The notes beneath the pieces are model-generated. The model ran no database searches, was not told the origin of the DNA, and was given only the letters and a program-made list of their open reading frames with translations. A DNA stretch of 64,000 nt from Escherichia phage vB_EcoM_phAPEC6: the sequence record MK817115.1; one strand, written 5' to 3'. Made by a program: the position numbers and the translations under genes. Shown here piece by piece: positions 46,097 to 54,640 of this stretch (position 1 is its first letter; every line of letters begins with the position of its first letter).

Positions 46097-46231
46097 TTAT
46101 TTTTTAGCTTTCAGTACTGCCGCCTTTCGCGTCATGCCTTGCTTAATGTACTCCTTTACTTTCGCTTTACGTGCTTTCGCTTTATCTGCTTTCGTTTTAG
46201 GAGTACTGTAAATTAAACCGTTAGGATTCAT
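46097..46231 (-). CDS. small basic protein (44 aa), hypothetical
   Basis: own reading: MNPNGLIYSTPKTKADKAKARKAKVKEY... Confidence 0.3.
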   Translation of the reverse strand: MNPNGLIYSTPKTKADKAKARKAKVKEYIKQGMTRKAAVLKAKK

Positions 46232-46321
46232 TTAAATCACCATAAAGAATAGATAGGTTACTAACAATGCCGCGATCAATGCACCGATCACCGCTGAACT
46301 GTAATAAGCTAATGATTTCAT
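46232..46321 (-). CDS. hydrophobic micro-protein (29 aa), putative membrane peptide
   Basis: own reading: MKSLAYYSSAVIGALIAALLVTYLFFMVI; ATGA overlap with upstream gene stop. Confidence 0.3.
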   Translation of the reverse strand: MKSLAYYSSAVIGALIAALLVTYLFFMVI

Positions 46322-46500
46322 TTTTTAGCCTGGAAGTAATGTTTAATTTGTGCGGCGGTCAGTGCACAATTACGCAGGAAGTTTTCTGTATAACTGCGGC
46401 GAGTACTGAAAGAGAATTGACCTTTGCCGTTACCGATAGTAACATCAAACCGAGCGTTGTATTGTTTCATTTTGTTTCTCCTGTTATTGGGGAGAATCAT
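46318..46500 (-). CDS. hypothetical protein (60 aa)
   Basis: ORF track; SD AGGAG. Confidence 0.6.
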   Translation of the reverse strand: MILPNNRRNKMKQYNARFDVTIGNGKGQFSFSTRRSYTENFLRNCALTAAQIKHYFQAKK

Positions 46501-46549
46501 TTCTCCCCTTCATGTAAAACATTATACAGTACTAAAAACTAATTGCAAG
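46489..46549 (-). promoter_or_regulatory. early-type promoter + 5' GC hairpin cassette (PeSL-like)
   Basis: TTGCAA-N16-TATAAT then hairpin GGGGAGAA-tcat-TTCTCCCC. Confidence 0.55.
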
Positions 46550-46551
46550 TA

Positions 46552-46698
46552 CTATTTTTTAGATTTACGCAAACTTTCTACCATCTCAGGAGTAAGGCCA
46601 GGCGGGTAGGAAACCACTTCATCAACGAAACGTAAAGGGAATACCCCAGCGAAAGGTGAACATGCTTTCTTAGTATTACTCTTTTTTGATGCTTTCAT
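46552..46698 (-). CDS. small protein (48 aa), hypothetical
   Basis: own reading: MKASKKSNTKKACSPFAGVFPLRFVDEV...; preceded by promoter + hairpin GGAGAGAAtcatTTCTCCCC. Confidence 0.35.
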   Translation of the reverse strand: MKASKKSNTKKACSPFAGVFPLRFVDEVVSYPPGLTPEMVESLRKSKK

Positions 46699-46767
46699 TT
46701 CATATTCCTTAATTAGTGGAGAGAATCATTTCTCCCCTTCATGTAAAACATTATACGCGTTTAAAAA

Positions 46768-46977
46768 CTAATTGCAAGTATTATTTGAAAGTAAATGCTC
46801 ATACGCTGCATTAACTACGTTTTCAATAACCGACTGTACAGAAAGATCCCCCACGTCCTGGCTATAGTAGAAATCGCTTACAGTACTATCATCGTATGCA
46901 AATACTTTACCAGGATCTGCATCAATCACATACATATTAACCTTTAAGATGTCGATCTTATCCTGTACAGTAAGCAT
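46768..46977 (-). CDS. hypothetical protein (69 aa)
   Basis: ORF track. Confidence 0.55.
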   Translation of the reverse strand: MLTVQDKIDILKVNMYVIDADPGKVFAYDDSTVSDFYYSQDVGDLSVQSVIENVVNAAYEHLLSNNTCN

Positions 46978-46982
46978 ATTAA

Positions 46983-47255
46983 TTAACCTTTTAAGTACTG
47001 GCTTAAGTAGTCTTGTTGATCTTCGGTGATTGCAGCCATCTTCCCTAGTACTGGATTGATGATATAATCCCCTGTAACGTCCTGTAACGCATTCTCAGGC
47101 GGTTTAACGGCTGGGGTAGCCATAGCCATTGCCTGGACTTGTTCGACGCTGTAACGCTCATAAAGGCGGCATTCTTCCGGTGTTAACATAGCATCAGTAC
47201 GCTTCATCGGTTTAATGATGCTTTCGATCTCATTCAGTACTTGATTAACGTTCAT
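46983..47255 (-). CDS. hypothetical protein (90 aa)
   Basis: ORF track. Confidence 0.6.
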   Translation of the reverse strand: MNVNQVLNEIESIIKPMKRTDAMLTPEECRLYERYSVEQVQAMAMATPAVKPPENALQDVTGDYIINPVLGKMAAITEDQQDYLSQYLKG

Positions 47256-47306
47256 GGTATAATCCCCAATATAAGCGGCCTAAATCGACCGCTAACGATG
47301 TTTTGA

Positions 47307-47576
47307 TTAATAGGTGTATGGTTGACGCTCAAACAATGAATAGACGTTATACGCCCCGCTTATGGGCTTCGCTGGTAAATCAATTTTATATTGTTCACGC
47401 TTAAAGATAATAAAACGGCAATTGTTTTTAACATCAAAATTGATTGAACGTTCCAGGAGTTTACCATCGTGCACAAATACAAGATAACCGCTCGCTACTT
47501 GTTTTGTAGTACTGGTTGCAACCATAGACCGCCGAACATGTGTACCTGCATCAATTAAAGTACTGATATTTTTCAT
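47307..47576 (-). CDS. hypothetical protein (89 aa)
   Basis: ORF track. Confidence 0.6.
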   Translation of the reverse strand: MKNISTLIDAGTHVRRSMVATSTTKQVASGYLVFVHDGKLLERSINFDVKNNCRFIIFKREQYKIDLPAKPISGAYNVYSLFERQPYTY

Positions 47577-47656
47577 TATACTATCTTCTTAAGTTAATTT
47601 AATTTCTTTCCCCTATGCAGACACTATATCAAAGTATCTGCATAAAGTAAAGCTAA

Positions 47657-48001
47657 TTAAAGATCTTTTTTGCGTTTAACATCAGTTACCGAACTGTAAA
47701 CAGTGATATTATTGTCACGGCAAAAACGGGAAAGATAAGAACCGCGTAAAAACTCTTTATCTTCCATATTAATAACCTTGCTAAATTCTTCCATTGCTAC
47801 AGTGTCAAAGTGATCCCCGTATCCATATTGGAACGGCACGTTTACTACTTCAATAAAATTACCATCAATTTCTACGTCTACACTTAAAGAGAAATAAGTG
47901 TTACCATATGAAGCCTGGAACCAACGCCGAGCGGCAATATGTACAACTTCAACAGAAGACAGGTTGATATTTTGTTTTGCGATAGTGTTGATATTAGCCA
48001 T
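47657..48001 (-). CDS. hypothetical protein; paralog of 41465..41788
   Basis: ORF track 114 aa; shared GNTY, YGYG, DVKRKKD motifs. Confidence 0.6.
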   Translation of the reverse strand: MANINTIAKQNINLSSVEVVHIAARRWFQASYGNTYFSLSVDVEIDGNFIEVVNVPFQYGYGDHFDTVAMEEFSKVINMEDKEFLRGSYLSRFCRDNNITVYSSVTDVKRKKDL

Positions 48002-48082
48002 TTTAATTTCCTCTTAGTTGTCTTGATAAAATCTATTATGCCAGTACTATCAAACTATGTCAATAGTACTGTGATAATATTT

Positions 48083-48226
48083 TTACTTACTTTTTGCTTT
48101 CTTTGCTGCTTCCACCTGGTCGGCCCATTCTTTACCCCATACTTGTAAATTATAATGGTACTGGCAAAGTGCAACGCCCCGCTTTAAACCAGTAATAGAT
48201 TTTTTACCACATTGACAAGTTTTCAT
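48083..48226 (-). CDS. small Cys-containing protein (47 aa), hypothetical
   Basis: own reading: MKTCQCGKKSITGLKRGVALCQYHYNLQ...; preceded by promoter + hairpin. Confidence 0.35.
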   Translation of the reverse strand: MKTCQCGKKSITGLKRGVALCQYHYNLQVWGKEWADQVEAAKKAKSK

Positions 48227-48312
48227 ATTAGTTTCCTCATTATCAGGGAGAACCATTTCTCCCCTTGATGTAATGTATTATACTTTATCTGATTTACTTT
48301 GCAAGTACTTTT

Positions 48313-48540
48313 TTAATTTAATTCATCCAGGCAAAGGATACGCTCAACGCCCAAATCAGTTAAACTAATCGACGGCACTTGATAGGTTTCAATGTATGCT
48401 ACACTTGCCCACTGACCGAACTCATTAACGGCCCATTTATCCATTGCAAAATGCAATTCCGCACCTTTCTTATTAGTAATTACAGCAACAGTAGAAGAAT
48501 TGCCAGTAGTACCAGTTACGCGAGTGATTACGATAGCCAT
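48313..48540 (-). CDS. hypothetical protein (~75 aa)
   Basis: ORF track 48313..48597; start moved to MAIVITRV Met downstream of hairpin. Confidence 0.55.
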   Translation of the reverse strand: MAIVITRVTGTTGNSSTVAVITNKKGAELHFAMDKWAVNEFGQWASVAYIETYQVPSISLTDLGVERILCLDELN

Positions 48541-48775
48541 TGTTTTAATTCCTTTGATTTGGAAGGAGAACCGTTTCCCCCTCTCGATGTAAAACATTAT
48601 ACGCTAATCTCTTAATCGTGCAAGTACTTTTTATTACTTTTTGCAAAATACTTTAAACGCACTCAATCGCGTTCTTACAGCCTTAACGCCACCAGCTAGG
48701 GCAATGCATCAGATAATCAGTTTAATGCGTTAGAATCGATTCTAGGCGGTGCTGGTGGCCTGGTAAACGTTAAAC

Positions 48776-48803
48776 ACAAAAAAGCCCACTTATGCAGTGG
48801 GCT
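48776..48803 (-). terminator. intrinsic terminator
   Basis: hairpin AGCCCACT-tatgc-AGTGGGCT followed by T-run on minus (A-run on plus) after stop of 48825..49307. Confidence 0.5.
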
Positions 48804-48824
48804 AGTGATTCAGTACTTTAATTG

Positions 48825-49307
48825 TTATGCTTCCACTTTGCGATGAGCTTCGATCCATTCCTCGCGAGTCATACCGCTGGAGTTAATCGCATCCAGTACT
48901 ACCGCAATGCAGTTACCACGCACCGGAATCAGATATTCTTCCCCGTTGTCCAGTACTACCGCTACACGTTTTTGAATCCATTTTTTAGGCTTAGATTCCG
49001 GCTTATCTTCCCCATACTTAACCGCCAGGGCTTTTTGTGCCATCTCTGTAACTACTTCCAGATCCAATCCAACTACTGCCGCCTGAATACTTTCAATTGT
49101 TGCTTGTAGTTCTGCTTCACGGGCCGCCTTTGCCGCTTCAATTTCTGCCGCTTTATTTGCTTGTAGTTCTTTCGCAGTACTATAAGCGATGTTAAAATTA
49201 TTGCGTACCGCTTTCATGGTATCGTTATCCAGATCAGCCAGGATCTCTGCCGCGACGTTAGTTTCATTTGCTACCAGTGCTTTGATGAATGATTTTACAT
49301 TAGCCAT
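48825..49307 (-). CDS. hypothetical protein (~160 aa), Ala/Glu-rich central helix
   Basis: ORF track 48825..49322; start moved to MANVKSF Met behind SD GAGGAT. Confidence 0.6.
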   Translation of the reverse strand: MANVKSFIKALVANETNVAAEILADLDNDTMKAVRNNFNIAYSTAKELQANKAAEIEAAKAAREAELQATIESIQAAVVGLDLEVVTEMAQKALAVKYGEDKPESKPKKWIQKRVAVVLDNGEEYLIPVRGNCIAVVLDAINSSGMTREEWIEAHRKVEA

Positions 49308-49350
49308 TTTATAAATCCTCAATTAAAGTTTAGTTTACGTTGGTTAGTGT

Positions 49351-49421
49351 ATCAAAGTTTTCTCGACGTGTCCAGTTTTTCGTTCGACTTACTGGCGGTC
49401 TACTTAGTGCTCCCCGTCTTG
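49351..49421 (-). ncRNA. structured 5' leader element, diverged copy 3
   Basis: partial sequence similarity to leaders at 42508-42581 and 52314-52389; sits between promoter TTGACA-N16-TAGAAT and gene start. Confidence 0.25.
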
Positions 49422-49510
49422 ATGTAATATATTCTACGCCTTTTTGCGGTAATGTCAACTATTTTTTAAAACTATTTTCAAAGTATCTCAGTACTACGAT
49501 ACTACAAAAA

Positions 49511-49534
49511 CAAAAAAAGCCCACCAGGTGGGCT
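49511..49534 (-). terminator. intrinsic terminator
   Basis: perfect hairpin GCCCACC-a-GGTGGGC with T-run on minus side (A7 on plus) after stop of 49541..49771. Confidence 0.5.
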
Positions 49535-49540
49535 ATGTAC

Positions 49541-49771
49541 TTAATCAGTAATTAAAACATTAAACACTTTATCATTTAACGTTATGGGTGTACTGCTACC
49601 AGGCTTGAGATCAGTTAGTACACCTGCAATAGCTTTTTCATTGGCGACCTTTCCAGTGTCCAACAGTACTACAGTACTGATAAGATTAACGCTCGTTTCA
49701 ATATCATAATGCACGGCGTTAAGTAGTTGTGTAGTACTGCTTTCGTTAAGTAAAACAATTCGCTTAGTCAT
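49541..49771 (-). CDS. hypothetical protein (76 aa)
   Basis: ORF track. Confidence 0.6.
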   Translation of the reverse strand: MTKRIVLLNESSTTQLLNAVHYDIETSVNLISTVVLLDTGKVANEKAIAGVLTDLKPGSSTPITLNDKVFNVLITD

Positions 49772-49792
49772 GATGTTACCCCGTAGTATCTA

Positions 49793-50092
49793 TCAACGGC
49801 AATTAATAACGCCAGTATGAGTTACTTTCTCAGTATCCATAACAGTGACCGAACCGCGTTTAGTACTTGCATCGTAATAAATTGTCGTGCTACCGTTTTC
49901 GTCTTCTTCATGGAACGGGCCGTTTTTAAATGCTTCCGGCTGGATCTCTAAATCCTTTAAAACAATCTCGCCAGTACTTTCATCGGTCATTGCAACAGTG
50001 CACTGAATGAATTTTTCACTACTTACATCTAATGACGCATTAACAGCGAAAGAGGAAACAGATAAAGCCAGGGCGATGATTGCAATTTTCAT
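49793..50092 (-). CDS. small secreted/exported protein (N-terminal signal peptide)
   Basis: ORF track 99 aa; N-term MKIAIIALALSVSSFAVNA has signal-peptide features; SD AGGAT. Confidence 0.5.
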   Translation of the reverse strand: MKIAIIALALSVSSFAVNASLDVSSEKFIQCTVAMTDESTGEIVLKDLEIQPEAFKNGPFHEEDENGSTTIYYDASTKRGSVTVMDTEKVTHTGVINCR

Positions 50093-50112
50093 TTGATTAT
50101 CCTTAGTTACCA

Positions 50113-50173
50113 GGGGGAACCGCTCCCCCCTTGCGATGTAAAATATTATACAGTACTAAAAACTAATTGCAAG
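50113..50173 (-). promoter_or_regulatory. early-type promoter + 5' GC hairpin cassette (PeSL-like)
   Basis: TTGCAA-N16-TATAAT then hairpin GGGGGAA-ccg-CTCCCCC. Confidence 0.55.
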
Positions 50174-50177
50174 TACT

Positions 50178-50414
50178 TTATGATTTTTTATAAAACATTT
50201 CGGCAGTGATATTTTTACCCGTTGGTTGTACTTTATCCAGAATTTTTTGATGTCCAGGGCGACCAAATGAATAAGATCCGTAAACCGTAAACCAGTAGTT
50301 ACCCTCAGTGTTTACATGTACAGCACAATAGGGAACGCCCCGCGATTCATCACTAGTAAAGTGTGATACCGTACCCGTTACATTCGCAGACGTTGATTTG
50401 ATTTGTTCGACCAT
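50178..50414 (-). CDS. hypothetical protein (78 aa)
   Basis: ORF track; SD AGGAA. Confidence 0.6.
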   Translation of the reverse strand: MVEQIKSTSANVTGTVSHFTSDESRGVPYCAVHVNTEGNYWFTVYGSYSFGRPGHQKILDKVQPTGKNITAEMFYKKS

Positions 50415-50522
50415 TTTCTTATTCCTTAGTTACCAGGGGAACCGCTCCCCCTATGCAAAACATTATACGCGTTTAAAAACTAATAGCAAGTATTTTAATA
50501 AAAAGTATTTGGAAAATAATTG

Positions 50523-50551
50523 TTGACAAGTGCATCCAGTACTGGCATAAT
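50523..50551 (+). promoter_or_regulatory. plus-strand sigma70-like promoter (antisense orientation)
   Basis: TTGACA-N17-CATAAT on plus strand; no plus ORF downstream. Confidence 0.4.
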
Positions 50552-50621
50552 TACTACATCAAGACGAAACAGTCACTAACCCACCGGGTGCCGAGATCCG
50601 TCTATTAAATGATTCAGTACT

Positions 50622-50650
50622 AAAAAAAGAAAGGGGATCAATTGATCCCC
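50622..50650 (-). terminator. intrinsic terminator
   Basis: perfect palindrome GGGGATCAATTGATCCCC with T-run on minus side, directly after stop of 50657..50878. Confidence 0.55.
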
Positions 50651-50656
50651 TCGTTG

Positions 50657-50878
50657 TTATTTTGTAAGGTATAAACAGAAGTCACCTTTATTTGCTACGC
50701 CGCCAGTGTAACGCGAGGAATAGTTAGAAACGTCCTGGACTTCTGCTATTACCAGGGTATCATCATTCAATTCGTCGCAGAAGCAAACGGCTGGATCTTG
50801 TACGCCGATATTGTCGGCATGTTCCCGCATAGATTTAACCAGTGCTTCAAGTTGGGAAAGAGTAGTGATATTAGCCAT
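50657..50878 (-). CDS. hypothetical protein (~73 aa)
   Basis: ORF track 50657..50908; start moved to MANITTLS Met downstream of hairpin. Confidence 0.55.
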   Translation of the reverse strand: MANITTLSQLEALVKSMREHADNIGVQDPAVCFCDELNDDTLVIAEVQDVSNYSSRYTGGVANKGDFCLYLTK

Positions 50879-50961
50879 TTTATTTTCCTCATTACCAGGG
50901 AGAACCATTTCTCCCCTTGATGTAAACTATTATACAGTACTAAAAACTAATTGCAAGTACT

Positions 50962-51243
50962 TTAACTGTAAGATCCGCAACGGTCGCAGTAGTGCCCCTC
51001 GTCATCGTCAACGAATTGACCAACGAAATTATCTACTTTCGCTTTCAGGTTATTATAATCGTTTTCTACTTCATTTAAACGCTTCTGGTAGTATTCCAGT
51101 GCTTTAAGATATGCCGCATCAGCAGTTTTCTCCTGCATAGCTAAATTCATGCCACGCGTTTCATCGTACAGCCAAAAACCATCGGTGCACTGGCTAATAG
51201 ATAATGACTTGCTTAGTACTGTATAGTTAATTACTTTACTCAT
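50962..51243 (-). CDS. hypothetical protein (~93 aa), Cys-rich C-terminus
   Basis: ORF track 50962..51324; start moved to MSKVINYT Met downstream of hairpin GGCGGGAAccatTCCCCGCC. Confidence 0.55.
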   Translation of the reverse strand: MSKVINYTVLSKSLSISQCTDGFWLYDETRGMNLAMQEKTADAAYLKALEYYQKRLNEVENDYNNLKAKVDNFVGQFVDDDEGHYCDRCGSYS

Positions 51244-51301
51244 TAGATAAACCCTCAATAAAGGCGGGAACCATTCCCCGCCATTGTTACAGTACTGAAT
51301 A

Positions 51302-51541
51302 TTACATTCCAACCATTGCAGCACGGATCGCAGTAGTGCTATACTTAAAGCCGTCCGGCGTTGTAGTAGTACCGTTGGCTTTTAATCTGCGGTACATGCA
51401 TTCCGCTGCAATATCTTTAGTTCTACTTTGTGCGATACAACTTTGTGCAAGCCGATACAATGACTCACCGTTATTAATCCATAAGGAAACATTCCAATGA
51501 GTTTTGTTTTTGTGCCCGTTGTAAGTTTTAGTACTAGCCAT
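51302..51541 (-). CDS. hypothetical protein; paralog of 53339..53578
   Basis: ORF track 79 aa; shared HKNKTHWNVSLWINN..LYRLAQ..PDGFKYSTTAIRAAMVGM. Confidence 0.65.
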   Translation of the reverse strand: MASTKTYNGHKNKTHWNVSLWINNGESLYRLAQSCIAQSRTKDIAAECMYRRLKANGTTTTPDGFKYSTTAIRAAMVGM

Positions 51542-51633
51542 TTTTTTTAATCCTCGTTTGAGCGGGGAACCACTCCCCGCCTCGATATAAAGTATTATAC
51601 GCTTTTAAACTTAGTTTGCAAGTACTTTTTAAA

Positions 51634-52245
51634 TTAATATTCGATTGATTCTACTACGCCATCAATAACATTGAATTGATATTCGTTACCCTCAATCAGT
51701 GCTGTAATGTTTTCAGTAGTGAATTGATCCTCATATGCATTCTCTAAATCACGGTACAACTTGCGGGATAATTCACGAATAGTTTCAGTGAGTAGTTCCT
51801 CAAGCTCATTAACTAACGTTTCTTGTTTTGCGGTTAAATCAGTGTAAGCCGATTCAATGTACCCGCTTACAGTGTTTTCATGCGAGTAGTGGGAGTGAGA
51901 ACGCTTTACACTCATCGCCAAATCATCTTCATTCAGCAGGTGACGGATTGAGCGATACTTAGTTAATGCTCTTACCTTGCGTAAAAACTTCACTGCGTCA
52001 ACGTGGTCAGTACTGATTGATGCACCGTCACCCTGGGACCAAAAACCACTGAATTGTATTTCAGCGTCATTAATGCCATATTCCGGCAATACTGTTTCTT
52101 TATAGTGTTCAATTTCACTTTCAGAAAAATAATCGTCGTTTGAGTTTTTTTCACGTTCCCGAACCAGTTCGATAGCTGACGTTTTTTGTTCTGCGTTCAA
52201 TTCAGAAAAATCCATAACATAAGTAGTAGTAGTGATAGTTTTCAT
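51634..52245 (-). CDS. acidic hypothetical protein (203 aa)
   Basis: ORF track; SD AGGGT; preceded by tandem promoters and structured leader copy 2. Confidence 0.6.
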   Translation of the reverse strand: MKTITTTTYVMDFSELNAEQKTSAIELVREREKNSNDDYFSESEIEHYKETVLPEYGINDAEIQFSGFWSQGDGASISTDHVDAVKFLRKVRALTKYRSIRHLLNEDDLAMSVKRSHSHYSHENTVSGYIESAYTDLTAKQETLVNELEELLTETIRELSRKLYRDLENAYEDQFTTENITALIEGNEYQFNVIDGVVESIEY

Positions 52246-52313
52246 TTTGTAACCCTCATTCAGTAGTTTATGTAAGTATTATACGCTTTTAAAAACAATT
52301 GTCAAACTATTTT

Positions 52314-52389
52314 ATCAGGGGAGTTTTTCGTGTGCCTTACTCCTGGGCTACTTAACGGGAAGTTACTTATTTCGTTCCCCGTCCTGATG
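52314..52389 (-). ncRNA. conserved structured 5' leader element, copy 2
   Basis: near-identical to 42508-42581 with some differences falling in predicted stems; flanked by promoters TTGCAA..TATAAT and TTGACA-N16-TATAAT. Confidence 0.35.
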
Positions 52390-52467
52390 TAAAACATTAT
52401 ACGCCTTTAAACATAGTTTGCAAGTACTTTTTAAAAATAGTTTTCAGTACTGAATAGTAAAAAGGTA

Positions 52468-52496
52468 TTGACAGCACTATCCAGTACTGGTATAAT
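52468..52496 (+). promoter_or_regulatory. plus-strand consensus sigma70 promoter (antisense orientation)
   Basis: perfect TTGACA-N17-TATAAT on plus strand; no plus ORF follows. Confidence 0.45.
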
Positions 52497-52670
52497 ATAC
52501 CCCATGACAACAGCTAACCCACCGGGTGCACAATTGTAACTGTACTAAACTACTTTTTCTATAGATACACTCCCGCACCCTATGGGCTACGGCTTATCTG
52601 CCAATGAATACATTATGCCAGTACTGACAAAATAAGTCAATACCGGCAATTGTAAAGATTTGTAAACTAC

Positions 52671-52901
52671 TTATACTGCAATCGCGTCCAGGCTATAATA
52701 ATAATAAGTGCCGTATTGGTGTACTTTATTACCTTTTATTTCAGTACTGAATGAATCCGAACGATTGGCATATGATGTTAATTTATAGTACTTTACTTTA
52801 CTAATACGTTGCCATACACCGCAGATCCGCTGTAAGTAAGTAGTTTTATTTGTGGTAGTATCTTTTACGGCTTTCAATTCGATCATATACATAGTGGTCA
52901 T
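52671..52901 (-). CDS. hypothetical protein (76 aa)
   Basis: ORF track; SD AGGAG. Confidence 0.6.
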   Translation of the reverse strand: MTTMYMIELKAVKDTTTNKTTYLQRICGVWQRISKVKYYKLTSYANRSDSFSTEIKGNKVHQYGTYYYYSLDAIAV

Positions 52902-52986
52902 TTTATTACTCCTTGCTTTAGTGGGGAACTATTCCCCACCTGATATAAAGTATTATACGCGTTTAAACTTAGTTTGCAAGTACTTT

Positions 52987-53253
52987 TTATTCAAGTACTG
53001 CGATCTTTTTAATACGGTACACGGTCACGCGGTTGCCCTTTCGGTCGAGCTTTATTTCTACCACTCGACGCGATACACTATCAGGACTTTTCAACGCCGC
53101 TAACCAGTACTGTAATGATCTGGCGGTACTACGCTTTACAATGGCCCAACGTTTACCACGTTCCGATTGTACGCCCATATCTTTAAACGTTGCCCCGTCC
53201 TGGCGTGCGGCGATCCGAGCTTGTTCACGCGTCGCAAAATACTTAATATTCAT
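52987..53253 (-). CDS. hypothetical protein; paralog of 40970..41365
   Basis: ORF track 52987..53289; start moved to MNIKYFATREQAR Met behind SD AAGGG. Confidence 0.6.
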   Translation of the reverse strand: MNIKYFATREQARIAARQDGATFKDMGVQSERGKRWAIVKRSTARSLQYWLAALKSPDSVSRRVVEIKLDRKGNRVTVYRIKKIAVLE

Positions 53254-53338
53254 GCTGTTGCCCTTATCGTTGGTGTATGAATAAAACACTATTATAAAGT
53301 ACTATCGCAAAAAATGATAGTACTTTAAATAAATTCTA

Positions 53339-53578
53339 TTACATTCCAACCATTGCAGCACGGATCGCAGTAGTGCTATATTTGAATCCGTCCGGTGTTT
53401 TATCTTGTCCAGTCTGTTCTAAAAATAACATCATATGACGGGCCGCATCATTACGATTAGTATTGGCGGCAATAAAGTCCTGGGCCAACCGGTATAATGA
53501 TTCATCGTTATTAATCCAAAGGCTTACATTCCAATGAGTTTTGTTTTTGTGACCTAAGAACATTTTTGATTTAGCCAT
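53339..53578 (-). CDS. hypothetical protein; paralog of 51302..51541
   Basis: ORF track 53339..53617; start moved to MAKSKMFLGHKNKTHW Met by paralog alignment and SD GAGGAT. Confidence 0.6.
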   Translation of the reverse strand: MAKSKMFLGHKNKTHWNVSLWINNDESLYRLAQDFIAANTNRNDAARHMMLFLEQTGQDKTPDGFKYSTTAIRAAMVGM

Positions 53579-53671
53579 TTTTTTAATCCTCTTATATAGT
53601 GGGGAACTATTCCCCACCTGATGTAAAACATTATACGCTTTTAAACATAGTTTGCAAGTACTTTATTAAAC

Positions 53672-54034
53672 TTATTCGTAAATTTTGCCACTGTCAGCCC
53701 ATACCAGGAAACGAGGCATATTATCCCATGCATCTTGTTTTAAATTTAAACCGTGTAATACTTCTGTACTTTCCATTCCTGGTACTGGTTTACTATACAC
53801 CGCAAATAGTTCACCCATATACTGATAAGCCATCGTTAAATCACTGGCGATCATCTTATGGATCATCGCATCAAGCATCACGGTAGCGGCGTATTGTTCA
53901 CGCTTAAGCGGTAACATTGCAATAAGTTCCCGATAAGCTGAAATGTGAATTTTTACCGTTTCAGCCGGAAGACCTTTCATCTCTTCACGGAAGTTAACCA
54001 GGTTAGCAATAATTTTATTGATTTGAGTCGCCAT
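53672..54034 (-). CDS. hypothetical protein (~120 aa)
   Basis: ORF track 53672..54091; start moved to MATQINKI Met downstream of hairpin AGCGGGAAgtgtTCCCGCT. Confidence 0.55.
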   Translation of the reverse strand: MATQINKIIANLVNFREEMKGLPAETVKIHISAYRELIAMLPLKREQYAATVMLDAMIHKMIASDLTMAYQYMGELFAVYSKPVPGMESTEVLHGLNLKQDAWDNMPRFLVWADSGKIYE

Positions 54035-54148
54035 CGTTTTCATCTCTCTTACAGTGTAGCGGGAAGTGTTCCCGCTCTCGATGTAAAACATTATACGCTT
54101 TTAAACATAGTTTGCAAGTACTTTCTACATGTACTTTTAAAATAGTTT

Positions 54149-54235
54149 TCTTTCTATATAGGAGTACTATTATTCAGTACTGCAACCATCCAGGGGAACT
54201 ATCTTTCTATATAGTAGTACTATTATTCAGTACTG
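54149..54235. repeat. direct repeat, two ~34-bp copies
   Basis: tctttctatataggagtactattattcagtactg at 54149-54182 and near-identical copy at 54202-54235. Confidence 0.7.
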
Positions 54236-54397
54236 AATCAATCAACCAAATCACTACTACACCCCGTAAAACGGCCTCAGACGCATTCTAACGCATTAAT
54301 ACACCCAAGCTATACATTTGCACCATTCCAATCATTCCAGGGCTTTACGGGCCGTTTAAACGCGTTAAATTATTTTCAATTATTTTGTTTTTAGGTA

Positions 54398-54425
54398 TTG
54401 ACTCAGTACAGAAAAAGCGTATAAT
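54398..54425 (+). promoter_or_regulatory. plus-strand sigma70-like promoter
   Basis: TTGACT-N16-TATAAT on plus. Confidence 0.4.
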
Positions 54426-54612
54426 TACTATATAGACGCGAGAAAGCGGAAACCCCAGAGGGTGCGGAATTACGCCCAAAATTCAAGATATAAAAAAAGG
54501 ATACACTCCCGCACCCTAGCAGGTAAACGCACTTTCTCAGTACTGAAATATAGTACCATAGTCCGGCCCAGGATAGCAAGCAAATTAATTAAAACTTTTT
54601 TCATCCAGGGTA

Positions 54613-54640
54613 TTGCTTTATTTTTCCAGTACTGTATAAT
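54613..54640 (+). promoter_or_regulatory. plus-strand sigma70-like promoter
   Basis: TTGCTT-N16-TATAAT on plus, followed by CCCACCGGGTG motif. Confidence 0.4.

Noticed and set aside
35847-54091. Reading the GC hairpins as Rho-independent terminators of the upstream genes
   Set aside because: They lack a following U-tract on either strand and sit downstream of the -10 element of the next promoter. True terminators with T-runs exist separately (e.g. 40921-40946, 48776-48803, 50622-50650).
35800-54120. Possibility that the regularly spaced GC hairpins are a CRISPR array
   Set aside because: The repeats are imperfect palindromes of ~20 nt separated by 200-600 bp of protein-coding sequence with promoters and SD sites. 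CRISPR repeats are identical direct repeats with 25-40 nt spacers. No cas genes were seen.
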